Source: an uncultured Oscillospiraceae bacterium (GTDB lineage: Bacteria; Bacillota; Clostridia; Oscillospirales; Acutalibacteraceae). From it: a DNA stretch of 64,000 nt. Position numbers and translations under genes: made by a program. The stretch is taken from positions 2 to 64,001 of the forward strand of contig CASEMN010000014.1 in NCBI GenBank assembly GCA_949289045.1, given 5' to 3'. Below the pieces are notes generated by a model. That model saw only the letters and a list, made by a program, of their open reading frames with translations. It did no database searches and was not told the DNA's origin. Positions within the stretch are counted from its first letter, which is position 1; the number at the start of each line of letters is the position of its first letter. Shown here piece by piece: positions 18,400 through 28,500 of this stretch.

Positions 18400-19782
18400 A
18401 TGCAAAAGAAAATTATTTCGGTTTTATTGATTTTAACTGTACTTTTAAGTATGGTGTTTTCCTTTTCATCCTGTGGAGAAAAAGAAACAGAGATTCAAAG
18501 GTATAATGTTGACACCGAGGTGCTAAAAGTTGGAATTATGAGTGATAACCAGCTTCAGCAGGAAGGCAGCTCAGAAAAATATTCTGATTTTCTGCGTAAA
18601 GGTCTTGAACTTTTCAAAGAAAAAGATGTTGATATTCTTGTAAACGCCGGAGACTTTACAGATCAGGCTACAGAAGAAGCGTATCAGAATTATAAAAACA
18701 TATTTGACAGTGTATACGGTGATGACGATGAAATAATTACCTCAATGATAATGGGAAATCATGATTACTGGCTGCCCATGTTTGTTGACTGCTGGGAGAT
18801 ACCGTTTAAATCCAAAATGCGAAACAGGTTTATGGAATATACTGGTGAAACTTCTCCCTGGACCCATAAAGTTATCAACGGTTATCATTTCATCGGATGC
18901 AGTCCTACAAGCGGAGATATGGATGACAGCGCTTATGAGAAGAAAATAGACTGGCTTAAAAGCCAGATTGAAAGTGCAATAAAAGAAGACCCCAATAAGC
19001 CTGTATTTGTTTTTACTCATTCTAATCCCATCGGAACTGTTAATAATAAGGATTACGGCTGCACAAATCTTAATGAGCTTTTCAGCAATTATCCTCAAGT
19101 TGTATCAATTTCCGGCCATACTCATGCTTCTCTTATGAGCGAAAGTTCAATATGGCAGGGAGATTACACAGCTTTAAGCACACAGTGTCTATCATATGTG
19201 GCTTTTGACAAAGGTGATGTTATACAGGAAGACGGAGTTTTTGATGAAGATAATCCAATTGAGTTGATTATGGAAATCGAAAATGATAAAATTACCATTA
19301 GACGATATAATATATTGACAGGCGAAGAAGTCAAAGATCCATGGATAATAAATCTGCCAATTAATAAAGATACGTTCGTTTATACTGATGAAAATAGAAA
19401 AGCTGAAAGCGTTTCTCCTACATGGAATGAAGGCTGGAAAGCAGAAATCAGTAGTGACGAAAACGGTGTATGGCTTTCTTTCCCTGCGGCGGTACATCCT
19501 GATCTTGTAGAAATGTACAAGTTAGAGTTTATTGACGCTTCAGGAAAAAAGGTCGTGTTTACTAAAGGTGACGAGGAAAATCCCGTTGAAGAAGATTTTA
19601 TTACCTGTGTCTCTGATTATACTAAGTTGCCCGAGGAGCGTTCTGAAACGGTAAAGATAAATCTCAAAGATTTCATAGGTGAAAACGGACTGAAAGAAGG
19701 AGAAAAATATACTGTTTCGGTAAGTGCTGCCGGCACTTTCAGTGAGTTTAGTGAAGCAAAAACAGGTGAAATTGTTTTGTAA
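18400..19782 (+). CDS. Metallophosphoesterase lipoprotein with a C-terminal beta-sandwich-like region
   Basis: Start at MQKKIISVLL... (lipobox FSSC). Motifs GIMSDNQ, AGDFTD, GNHDYW, THSNP and GHTHAS. Confidence 0.8.
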   Translation: MQKKIISVLLILTVLLSMVFSFSSCGEKETEIQRYNVDTEVLKVGIMSDNQLQQEGSSEKYSDFLRKGLELFKEKDVDILVNAGDFTDQATEEAYQNYKNIFDSVYGDDDEIITSMIMGNHDYWLPMFVDCWEIPFKSKMRNRFMEYTGETSPWTHKVINGYHFIGCSPTSGDMDDSAYEKKIDWLKSQIESAIKEDPNKPVFVFTHSNPIGTVNNKDYGCTNLNELFSNYPQVVSISGHTHASLMSESSIWQGDYTALSTQCLSYVAFDKGDVIQEDGVFDEDNPIELIMEIENDKITIRRYNILTGEEVKDPWIINLPINKDTFVYTDENRKAESVSPTWNEGWKAEISSDENGVWLSFPAAVHPDLVEMYKLEFIDASGKKVVFTKGDEENPVEEDFITCVSDYTKLPEERSETVKINLKDFIGENGLKEGEKYTVSVSAAGTFSEFSEAKTGEIVL

Positions 19783-19831
19783 GCTAAACCGGTCTTTGAA
19801 ACCCGCTTCTGTTATTTGAAAGGTGAAGCAA

Positions 19832-20512
19832 ATGACGTATAAAACAGAATTGCATGCTCACACAAGCGAAGTCAGCAGGTGTGCACATATTTGCGGTGAG
19901 GAGCTTGTACATCTCTATGAAAAAGCCGGATATTCAACAGTGGTTATAACCGACCATATGAGCAAGCGTACTTTTCCGGTTGTGAAAAAAAGAAAATGGG
20001 ATGAATATGTATACGATTATCTTATCGGATACAACGCCGCAAAAAAAGCCGCTGAAGGAAGACTTAATATTATTTTAGGTATGGAAATAAGCTTTTATGA
20101 GAATGACAATGATTATCTTGTTTACGGCATTGATGAAAAATTTCTGCGACGTCATCCCAATATGCTTGAGATGGGAATAAACAAGTTTTCCGACATAGCA
20201 CGACGCAGTGGGCTTATAGTGGTTCAGGCTCATCCTTTCCGTGACCATATGACAGTTATAAAACCGGGTATTGTAGAAGGCATTGAGATTTTTAACGCAC
20301 ATCCCGGACATGATTCAAGAAACGACATAGCCAGAATGTGGGCGGAAAAATACGGCTACAAAATAAAAACATCCGGAAGCGATTTTCATGAAATCAATCA
20401 TGGAGCCAGAGGCGGAATAGTTACCGATTTTGAAATAAAAGATAATACGGATTTGCTTAAAGCCCTTAGAGGAGAGTTTGAACTGATCACAACAGATGAT
20501 ATAGCTAAATAA
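19832..20512 (+). CDS. PHP-domain metal-dependent phosphoesterase
   Basis: ELHAHTSEVSRC, ITDH, QAHPF and GSDFH motifs. ATG 19832 behind AAGGTGA (the ORF-track GTG 19823 is the alternative). Confidence 0.8.
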   Translation: MTYKTELHAHTSEVSRCAHICGEELVHLYEKAGYSTVVITDHMSKRTFPVVKKRKWDEYVYDYLIGYNAAKKAAEGRLNIILGMEISFYENDNDYLVYGIDEKFLRRHPNMLEMGINKFSDIARRSGLIVVQAHPFRDHMTVIKPGIVEGIEIFNAHPGHDSRNDIARMWAEKYGYKIKTSGSDFHEINHGARGGIVTDFEIKDNTDLLKALRGEFELITTDDIAK

Positions 20513-20522
20513 CAATTAAAAG

Positions 20523-20552
20523 GACAGCGCAGTTTTCAGCGCTGTCTTTTTT
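20523..20552 (+). terminator. Rho-independent terminator
   Basis: GACAGCGC-AGTTTTCA-GCGCTGTC followed by TTTTTT. Confidence 0.8.
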
Positions 20553-20774
20553 ATTTTGGTTAAATATTAAAAGCTTATATATAGAAATTTATAAAGTTGC
20601 TTTTTGCTGTAATTTATCAGTTTTTGTCTTAATATTGGCTATTTAGCTCTATGTGAAAAAACATATAAATTTTGTTCATTTCATATTATTACATAATTCT
20701 ATTGTGAAAATAGATAAAGCTCAATCAGCACATTGCATAAAACTTACAAACATTTTCTTTGTTTTTTAATTTAA

Positions 20775-20803
20775 TTGACTTTTAGAAAAAATCAGTTTAT
20801 TAT
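20775..20803 (+). promoter_or_regulatory. Possible promoter of the 20966 gene
   Basis: TTGACT, 17-bp spacer, TATTAT in a very AT-rich region where other matches are possible. Confidence 0.3.
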
Positions 20804-20965
20804 TTACTTACAAAAGAGTTATATTCTATTAATAATTTTTATTAATTTATTAATAATAGAAATCATGTATTTATATATTTGAATAAGATGCACAACTGAG
20901 TTTTATTTTGTATCTCTGGCGCATTGGCGTCTTTTAGATAAATATTATTTTGGAGGTGTTATGAT

Positions 20966-23900
20966 TTGAAGAAAAGCAAACGATTGATTGGCATAGTTCT
21001 CGCTGTAGTTATGCTGCTTATAAGTATGCAGGCGGCCTTCGTTGCCGGCGCAGCAGAAGCCAATTCAATCAAAGTGGCCACTATTTCGGATATCCGTTAT
21101 CAGTCGGGAGCTACCGATAAAGAGGGACTTCTGCTTTCCAAGAGCGCCGCTATTCTTGACGCTGCAGTAGAAAAAGTCAAGAACAGTAATGCGGACGTGC
21201 TGCTTGTAACTGGTGATTTAACCAATAACGGCAGTAAGTCTTCTCACCAGTATGTAGCGGATAAGCTTGCGGAAATAAAAGCGGCAGGAATACCTGTCTA
21301 TGTAATTCCCGGTGAGCACGATGTTCGAGAAGGCGGAACCCTTACTGCGGTATCGAAGTCTGTTTTTGAAGAGATCTATAAAGATTTTGGTTACAGTGAA
21401 TCTAAACAGGATCCTAATTCAGCTTCTTATGTCGTAGATTTGGGTAATGGTTTTGAGGTCGTGATGAGCGACTCTGTCGCAGCAGACGGCACAGGCCAAA
21501 TGACTCAATGGGTAGTTGATCAGGCAAAGAGCAGCATCAACAGCGGTAAAACCGTTTTTGCGGCTTCCCATCATCCCATTGTCACAAGAAGCAGCGTTGA
21601 CAGAACTTTCATTGACCTGCTTCACACTTTGTCAGGGGTCGAGTTAGAACTTGGCGGTAAGTTTAAAATCTATACCGACGATCCCGATCAGGCAGCAGCA
21701 AATCTTGGTCTTGTAGACCGTAGCTGTGTCCTGAACAATTCAGATGCATTGTTAGATGCAGGTGTTAAGTATCTTTTCTCCGGTCACGGAGGAACACTTA
21801 GCGTCAGCGGTGCTTCAACTACCAACGGTGCTCAGCTTTATGACATTATGTCCGGTTCTCTTGTAAACGCATCTGCTTCTGTACGTTATACAACTCTTTA
21901 TAAGGGTACTGATAACATGAAACAGCAGCGAGCAGAGTTTACAACGGATATGATAACTTCAGCACAGGGTGTTGAAAGCGTTGAGCAGGCCGCTCACGCA
22001 GCACTTAAAGCGTACATGCCCACAGAGGTAGACAATGCAATTGCAACAGCGGAAAAGGTTATCGCATATCTTATTCCGGCTCTTAAACCCAACATTCAGA
22101 ATCTTGTTAGAAACATTGATATTGCAGCCCTTGCACCTGATATTTCAGGACTTATGGGTATTATCGGCGGAACTCTTCAGGACGTTAAAAATGACTTGGC
22201 CAACAGCTATGTGGCTTCTCTTTTTGATATTCTGGGCAATTCCACGAAGCTGCACAATGTTATTACAGATATCCGAAATGCACTTGAGGCTATGGATTTC
22301 AACGGTCAGGACCTTTATGGTTTCCTCACCGATGTGTTCATCACCATTCAGAAAGGCGACGGTAAAACTCCAGCCTCAATTGAAGGAATCTTTGAAGCGC
22401 TTCGCAATAAAGAGCCTGGAATGCTTGTAGGACTTATTAATTCCTTCGCCGACAATTTCAATTCCACAAATCTTGTAAATCTTCTTAACGAAGTACTCGA
22501 CCTGAAGTTCCAGAAAAAATATATTGTAACTCTTCAGGTAAATGTCCAGCTCAGAGGACTTCTGGCAGGACCTTATAATTTGACAAGCGGATTGTACACT
22601 TATACCCTTGATCTTTGGGGAATACTTGACGGAGCCATCACTCTTCCCGGAGGAAAAACTGTAAGCTCTGTTGCACGTCCTCTGGTCAATGACCTTATCC
22701 TTGGAGGAGCCAATGATGCAAGTACTCCTCAAACTCCTCAGAGATTCAATCAGAATCTAAAAGCCAATGCGGAAGGTGTTGTAAATCTTCTCTTTGAGTT
22801 TGGAGTGGGCGACCTTATTGGTACAGATGTATTTGCACAGGGTCAGAACGGTACAGTTGTAGCCCGTACAATTACTTTTGAAGAATTCAGCGCAAATCTT
22901 GACAGACTTATTCCCAATAACGATGTCACAGCGCTTAATCCTGCTGACTGGGATGCAGTTCGCGATGTTCTCAACGCAGCGGGACGCTTTACAGCAGAAC
23001 AGCTTGCAACAGTTAACGATGAACTTGTTGCAGCAACGGAAACAGATCCTGCTGTAACTCAGCTTGATAAACTTAACGAGCTTGCTAACGCCGAATTCTA
23101 TAAGGGCGTTGCAGATGCATTCACTGTAAAGGTTAACGCCTTGCCAGCAACTGATGCACTCACTTTAGAGAATGCTCAGGCTGTTTATGCACTTCAGATT
23201 GAATATGACCAGTTCTATTCTCAGATAAAGGCAAACATCAGCGAAGATACAGTATCCAAACTGAACGCTGCTGTTGCAAAAATCCGCTCACTTGAAAATT
23301 ATGATCCGGCTGTTGACGCTGTTGTTGCAAAGATAAGCTCAATCGGCAAGGTGACAGTTGACAGTGAAGCCGCAATTAAAGAGGCTCGTGAGGCTTACAA
23401 CGCACTTGAGCTTCGTCAGAAGAAGTTAGTTACCAACTATGATGTTCTTGTTGCGGCCGAAGCAGCTTTAGAGGTTGCAAAAGAAAATGCAGCAGTTATT
23501 AAGGCTGTTGAAGATAAGATCAATGCAATCGGTGAAGTTACATATACTTCTACATCCAAGATTAAAATTGATCTCGCCCGTGCAGCTTATGACGCTCTTG
23601 ACGATGAGCTTAAAGCCGGCGTAAGCAATTATGCAGTTCTTACAGCTGCAGAAGCACGTTACGCAGAGCTTAAAGGCGATCAGGAAGATGCAGCAGCTGC
23701 AGCACCTGTAATTGCAAAGATCAACGCAATTGGTAAGGTTACTATTAACAGCAAGTCTCTCATTGAGGCAGCTGAAGCAGCTTATGCAGAGCTTACCGAA
23801 TCACAGAAAGCTCTCGTAACAAATTATGATATTCTTGTTGCGGCAAGAGCGGCTTATGATGAGCTTGTTCAGGCGCAGCAGGGAGATCAGGAAGCAGCAC

Positions 23901-25471
23901 AGGCAGTTATTGAAAAGATTAATGCAATCGGCACAGTAACTCTTGAAAGTGAAGCTGCAATTAATGAAGCACGTACAGCTTACGATAAGCTTACCGCTTC
24001 CCAGAAAGCCCTTGTAACGAATTATGCAGTTCTCACTAACGCAGAATCTACTTATGCAGCTTTAATCAAGCAGCAGGCGGACGAAACAGCGGCAAAGACT
24101 GTTGAAGATCTTATCGCCGCAATAGGTGAAGTAACTGTTGAGAAGGAAGAACAGATTATTGCGGCAAGAGACGCTTATAACACTCTTACCTCAGACCAGA
24201 AGAGACTTGTTTCAAATCTCTCTGTTCTCACCGATGCAGAAGCACAGCTGAGTATTCTTAAAAACGACTTCCTCTTTGAGGATGCCGCAACAGGTATCAC
24301 TCTCCGTGCAGATAGCGGAGTTCTTCCGGCAGATACCGTTATGACAGTTAAATCAATTGTCAGCGGAGATATTTACGATGCAATTCTCGCTAAGGGATAC
24401 AGCGCAATCCGTCTTTATGACATTGCTCTTACATCCGGCGATTCAGAAGCAGTACCTTCAAAGGCTGTAAGAATTTCTGTTCCTCAGTTTGCAGCAAATA
24501 CAGCAGTATTTGCAGTTTCAGAGGATGGAACTCTTACTTCTGTTGAGGCAGTTCTCGAAAACGGCGTATTTGCATTTACATCAGATAACGCAGGAATGTT
24601 TGTTGTTGCACAGTCTAAGGTTTATGTAAATACTGACGCTCTCAGAGAAGCAATAGCTGCTTTTGAAAAGCTCAATCCCTCAGATTATGATGAGATAACT
24701 TTTGCAAAGGCAGAGGTAGCTTATAGAGCAGCTAAGGCTGAGCTTGAAGCAAATTACGAGCTTACAGCTGCAAATCAGAGAAAGATTGATGCAGCAACAG
24801 CAGCACTTAATGATGCAGTTGCAGCTCTTCGTTATCTCCCTGCAGACATTTCTCAGCTTAACACAGCTCTTTACGCAGCTAAGATGCTCAACACTGCAGA
24901 CTATCTTGACTTTACAGCAGTTGCTAAAGCAATAGCTGCTGCTGAAGATTTCCTTGCTGGTGAATACGACATCTGCGATCAGGCTGAAGTAGACAAACTT
25001 GCAAAGGATATCAATGATGCAGTAGCAGCTCTCAAGTTTGCTCCCGCAGACTTCACAGCTATTGACAATGCTCTTGCAAAGGTTCCGAAGGATCTTCAGA
25101 ATTACACTGATGAATCAGTCGCAGCTCTTAACGAGGCAGTTAATGCAGCTAAAGAAGCTAAGAACACAATAACTCGTGAAGATAAAGATTGGGAAGCAAA
25201 AGTTGAAGCATATGCACAGGCAGTTCTTGATGCTATCGCAGGCCTTGAGAAGCCCGATGTAACTTATGCAGATACTTCTATGCTCGAGATGGCAATTGAA
25301 ATTGCAGCTCTTTATAATCCCAGCGATTATGTAGATTTCTCTGGCGTTGAGGCAGCGGTCATAGCCGCACAGGCTCTTATCGATTCTAAGCCCGACGCTT
25401 CCAGACAGGCAGAAGTTGACGCTGCTGAGATGGCAATCTATGACGCAATTGCTGCTCTTGAATGGGCATAA
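20966..25471 (+). CDS. 1501-aa secreted protein: N-terminal metallophosphoesterase domain, unassigned middle region, five to six ~65-aa helical repeats, beta domain, four FIVAR-like repeats
   Basis: TTG start 7 nt behind GGAGGTG. Signal peptide KKSKRLIGIVLAVVMLLISMQAAFVAGAA. MPE motifs ATISDIRY, VTGDLTNNG, IPGEHD, ASHHP and SGHGG. Repeats are listed separately. Confidence 0.85.
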   Translation: MKKSKRLIGIVLAVVMLLISMQAAFVAGAAEANSIKVATISDIRYQSGATDKEGLLLSKSAAILDAAVEKVKNSNADVLLVTGDLTNNGSKSSHQYVADKLAEIKAAGIPVYVIPGEHDVREGGTLTAVSKSVFEEIYKDFGYSESKQDPNSASYVVDLGNGFEVVMSDSVAADGTGQMTQWVVDQAKSSINSGKTVFAASHHPIVTRSSVDRTFIDLLHTLSGVELELGGKFKIYTDDPDQAAANLGLVDRSCVLNNSDALLDAGVKYLFSGHGGTLSVSGASTTNGAQLYDIMSGSLVNASASVRYTTLYKGTDNMKQQRAEFTTDMITSAQGVESVEQAAHAALKAYMPTEVDNAIATAEKVIAYLIPALKPNIQNLVRNIDIAALAPDISGLMGIIGGTLQDVKNDLANSYVASLFDILGNSTKLHNVITDIRNALEAMDFNGQDLYGFLTDVFITIQKGDGKTPASIEGIFEALRNKEPGMLVGLINSFADNFNSTNLVNLLNEVLDLKFQKKYIVTLQVNVQLRGLLAGPYNLTSGLYTYTLDLWGILDGAITLPGGKTVSSVARPLVNDLILGGANDASTPQTPQRFNQNLKANAEGVVNLLFEFGVGDLIGTDVFAQGQNGTVVARTITFEEFSANLDRLIPNNDVTALNPADWDAVRDVLNAAGRFTAEQLATVNDELVAATETDPAVTQLDKLNELANAEFYKGVADAFTVKVNALPATDALTLENAQAVYALQIEYDQFYSQIKANISEDTVSKLNAAVAKIRSLENYDPAVDAVVAKISSIGKVTVDSEAAIKEAREAYNALELRQKKLVTNYDVLVAAEAALEVAKENAAVIKAVEDKINAIGEVTYTSTSKIKIDLARAAYDALDDELKAGVSNYAVLTAAEARYAELKGDQEDAAAAAPVIAKINAIGKVTINSKSLIEAAEAAYAELTESQKALVTNYDILVAARAAYDELVQAQQGDQEAAQAVIEKINAIGTVTLESEAAINEARTAYDKLTASQKALVTNYAVLTNAESTYAALIKQQADETAAKTVEDLIAAIGEVTVEKEEQIIAARDAYNTLTSDQKRLVSNLSVLTDAEAQLSILKNDFLFEDAATGITLRADSGVLPADTVMTVKSIVSGDIYDAILAKGYSAIRLYDIALTSGDSEAVPSKAVRISVPQFAANTAVFAVSEDGTLTSVEAVLENGVFAFTSDNAGMFVVAQSKVYVNTDALREAIAAFEKLNPSDYDEITFAKAEVAYRAAKAELEANYELTAANQRKIDAATAALNDAVAALRYLPADISQLNTALYAAKMLNTADYLDFTAVAKAIAAAEDFLAGEYDICDQAEVDKLAKDINDAVAALKFAPADFTAIDNALAKVPKDLQNYTDESVAALNEAVNAAKEAKNTITREDKDWEAKVEAYAQAVLDAIAGLEKPDVTYADTSMLEMAIEIAALYNPSDYVDFSGVEAAVIAAQALIDSKPDASRQAEVDAAEMAIYDAIAALEWA
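23300..24265 (+). repeat. Five tandem ~195-bp repeats encoding ~65-aa helical modules
   Basis: Recurring (V/I)..KI.AIG.VT..S...I..AR.AY..L...QK.LV.NY.VL..AE..Y, e.g. VIAKINAIGKVTINSKSLIEAAEAAYAELTESQKALVTNYDILVAARAAYDEL. A more degenerate copy lies upstream. Confidence 0.75.
24630..25468 (+). repeat. Four FIVAR-like ~70-aa repeats
   Basis: Recurring ...DY.DF..V..AI.AA...L......Q.EVD.....I.DA..AL... pattern. Confidence 0.65.
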
Positions 25472-25482
25472 GTTAAAACTTA

Positions 25483-25516
25483 AAATCGTGCCGGGTTTTT
25501 ATCCCGGTACGATTTT
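25483..25516 (+). terminator. Hairpin between the two giant genes (possible partial terminator)
   Basis: AAATCGTGCCGGG-loop-CCCGGTACGATTT with one G-U pair. The T-run is partly within the stem. Confidence 0.5.
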
Positions 25517-25558
25517 ACCGAGAGTCTAAGCGACTCAGAAAGAGGTGTTTTGAACACA

Positions 25559-28500
25559 ATGAAAGCTAAGAAAGTTTTCTCAGGCAAGAGAATACTTGCT
25601 TTAATTTTGGCACTGGTTATGGCATTGTCTGTAATGCCCGTAGCCTTTGCAGCTGAACCTACAGGTCCGGTTCAGCAGACGGCCGGCAACCAGGTGGATG
25701 GTGTAGATGCAGGCCACTACGTATCTTTTAGAGCAGATTATCAGAACTTTGTATTTATCCAGACTCAGGATGATCAGGCTTTCAGATTCCAGTTTAACAT
25801 GTATGCAAAGAAAAATGCAGGCGTTAACTACGGTTGGATTTACATACGTGATGATTCACATCCGCAGACTCTTACAACTGCAATAGGTAAATCATTTACT
25901 GTTGATTGGGATAATTACATTGGAGCGCTTCCAGGTAATCTTTTTGGTGGAAATGATTGGAGAAGTGCAGTTATTACAGTAAACTTTGTAGCCGATGGTG
26001 GAAAAGTTTATGATACCGCTCTTCAGGTAAACTACGACGGAAGAGGTACAGGTATGGATGGTCAAACTCATCTAACCTGGGATATTCCTCTCAGTGTTAC
26101 AGTTATCGATAAGCGTGCCCTTAACTCTGCAATAGCAGCAGCTAAGGCAGCAGAAGCTGATGCTGAATATTATACCGAAGCAACATGGGGCGATGTAGTA
26201 AATGCACTTGCTAACGCTCAGACAGTTGCTGGTGATGTTATAGCTCAGCAGAGCGTAATTGATAAGTATGCACAGGCTCTTCAGCTTGCTGTTGATGCTC
26301 TTGAATATCAGAGCGCCGATTACACAGCACTTGATGCTGCTAAAGCAGATGCAAAGGCAATCCTTGACAACGAAAAGGTTGACGAAACCTATACAGTTGA
26401 ATCACTTGCTCTTCTCAGAGAGAAGTATGATGCAGCTCTTCAGGTTCCCGCTGACCTCGACGTACGTCAGCAGGCTCAGATAGACAAAGCAGCTTCCGAG
26501 CTTGCAGATGCAGTTGCAGGACTTGTTAAGTTCGCAAGTTATACTTTACTTCAGAGTGCTGTAAATACTTTTAATAATCTTAATCCGGCATATTTTGATG
26601 CCGATGATTTTGCAGCCGTTAAGGCTCTTGCTGATGAGGCTAAAGAAGCTCTTAAGCCTGAAAACAGACTTCCTGCTACAGAGCAGGCTAAAGTAACAGA
26701 GCAGGCAAGAAATCTTTTTGCAGCTATTAACGGTCTTAAAATGCTTCCGGCTAACTATGAGGCATTTGATGTAGCAGTTTCACTTGCTAAAGCAAAGCTT
26801 GAGTCCTCTGAAATTCAGAACTATACTGCAATTTCAGTAAAGGCTCTTGAGGATGCATATCTTGCTTCCGCAAATGTTGAAAGAGATAAGAATATCACTT
26901 ATCAGGAAACAGTCGATGCAGCAACAAAGGCTATTACAGACGCTCTTGCAGGTCTTACCCTTAAAGGCGCTGATTATACAAAGCTTGACGCTGCAATCGC
27001 TGCTGCTGAAGCAGAGCTTAAGCGTTCCGATATAGCTGATTTCACAGACGCTTCTGTTCAGGCTCTTAAAGATGCTCTTGCAGCTGCAAAGGGTGTAAGC
27101 CGTGAACTTACTGTTGATCAGCAGAATGTAATTGATGATGCAAGAGATGCTCTTGTAGCAGCAACACATCTTGTTCTTAAAGATGCAGATTATTCTGCTC
27201 TCGATGCAGCTATTGAAGCTCGTGAGGCAGAACTTGCAGACGCAAGACAGTCCGGTAAATTTACAGATGCTTCCATGGCTCGTCTTGAGGCGGCAATCGG
27301 TGTTGCAAAGGCAGTTGACCGCACCTATTCAATTAAAGAGCAGTCAATGGTTGACGATGCTGTAAAGGTTCTTAATTCTGTACAGCTCGAAAAGAAAGCA
27401 GCTGATACTTCAGCTCTTGAAGCAGCGATAGAAGCAGCTCAGCAGGCTCTTAACGAGGCAGGAGACGAGTATACAGATGAGTCTAAAGCAACTCTCTCCG
27501 CAGCTATTAAGACGGCTCGTGAAGTTCTCGCTCAGTACGGCGGAGATGTTGATAATCAGGAAATCATCAATAAGGCTGTTACAGATCTTGAGAGTGTAAA
27601 GCTCGAACTCAAGAAAGCAGATTACAGCGGTCTTGATGCAGCTATAAAGGCAGCTGAAGACTTCCTTGCCGATCCTGATACAGAGAATCTCTATACTGCT
27701 GAAACAATTCAGGCAGTTAAGGATGCTCTTGAAGAGGCAAAGAACTTTGACCGTAATCTTGATATAACCAAGCAGGATCAGGTAGACGCAGCAGCCGGTA
27801 AACTTGAAACAGCAATGCCTGACGAAAGCGGATACAAAGATGCAAATCTTGACGCTCTTAAAGCAGCAATTGCCGCAGCTGATGAGAAGCTTGGTAAAGA
27901 GGATATCGCTGATTATACAGATGAATCCGTTGAAGCTCTCAGAGCAGCTCGTGATGATGCTCAGGCAATGGTTGACCGTAAGCCCAATGTTACTGAGCAG
28001 GAAGATGTAGACGCTAAGGCAGCAGCTCTTAACGCTATGGAGCTTACACTCAAGGATGCTGATTACAGTGCACTTGAGGCAGCAGTTGTAAAAGCAACTC
28101 TCGACTATGAAAAGGCTGAGGCAAGCGGACTTTACACAGCAGCTTCTCTTGATGAGTTCATGGCTGCAATAATTTCTGCAAATGCACTTCTTGATAACCG
28201 CAACCTTACAATCAAAGAACAGAAGGTTGTTGACGATGCAGAAGCTGCTCTCAGCGTAGAGCTTGTTTATAAAGATGCTGATCTTACAGAGCTTGTTAAG
28301 GCTATTGCAGCAGCAGAAGCTAAGATGGCAGCCCCTGGATACGGCGACTATACACTCGCTTCCAGAACTGCTCTTGAAACAGCTCTCGCAGAGGCAAAGG
28401 CACTTCGTGATGAGATGCCCAATATCCTCAAACAGGCTGATGTAGACGCAGCTGCTGAGAAACTTAACAACGTAAAGCTTTCTCTCCAGGGCGCTGATTA

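Noticed and set aside
20553-20965. Invertible (phase-variable) promoter upstream of the giant genes; also checked at 59291-59529
   Set aside because: I found only short AT-rich inverted repeats that are expected by chance, and there is no recombinase gene in the window. An exhaustive inverted-repeat search was not possible by eye.
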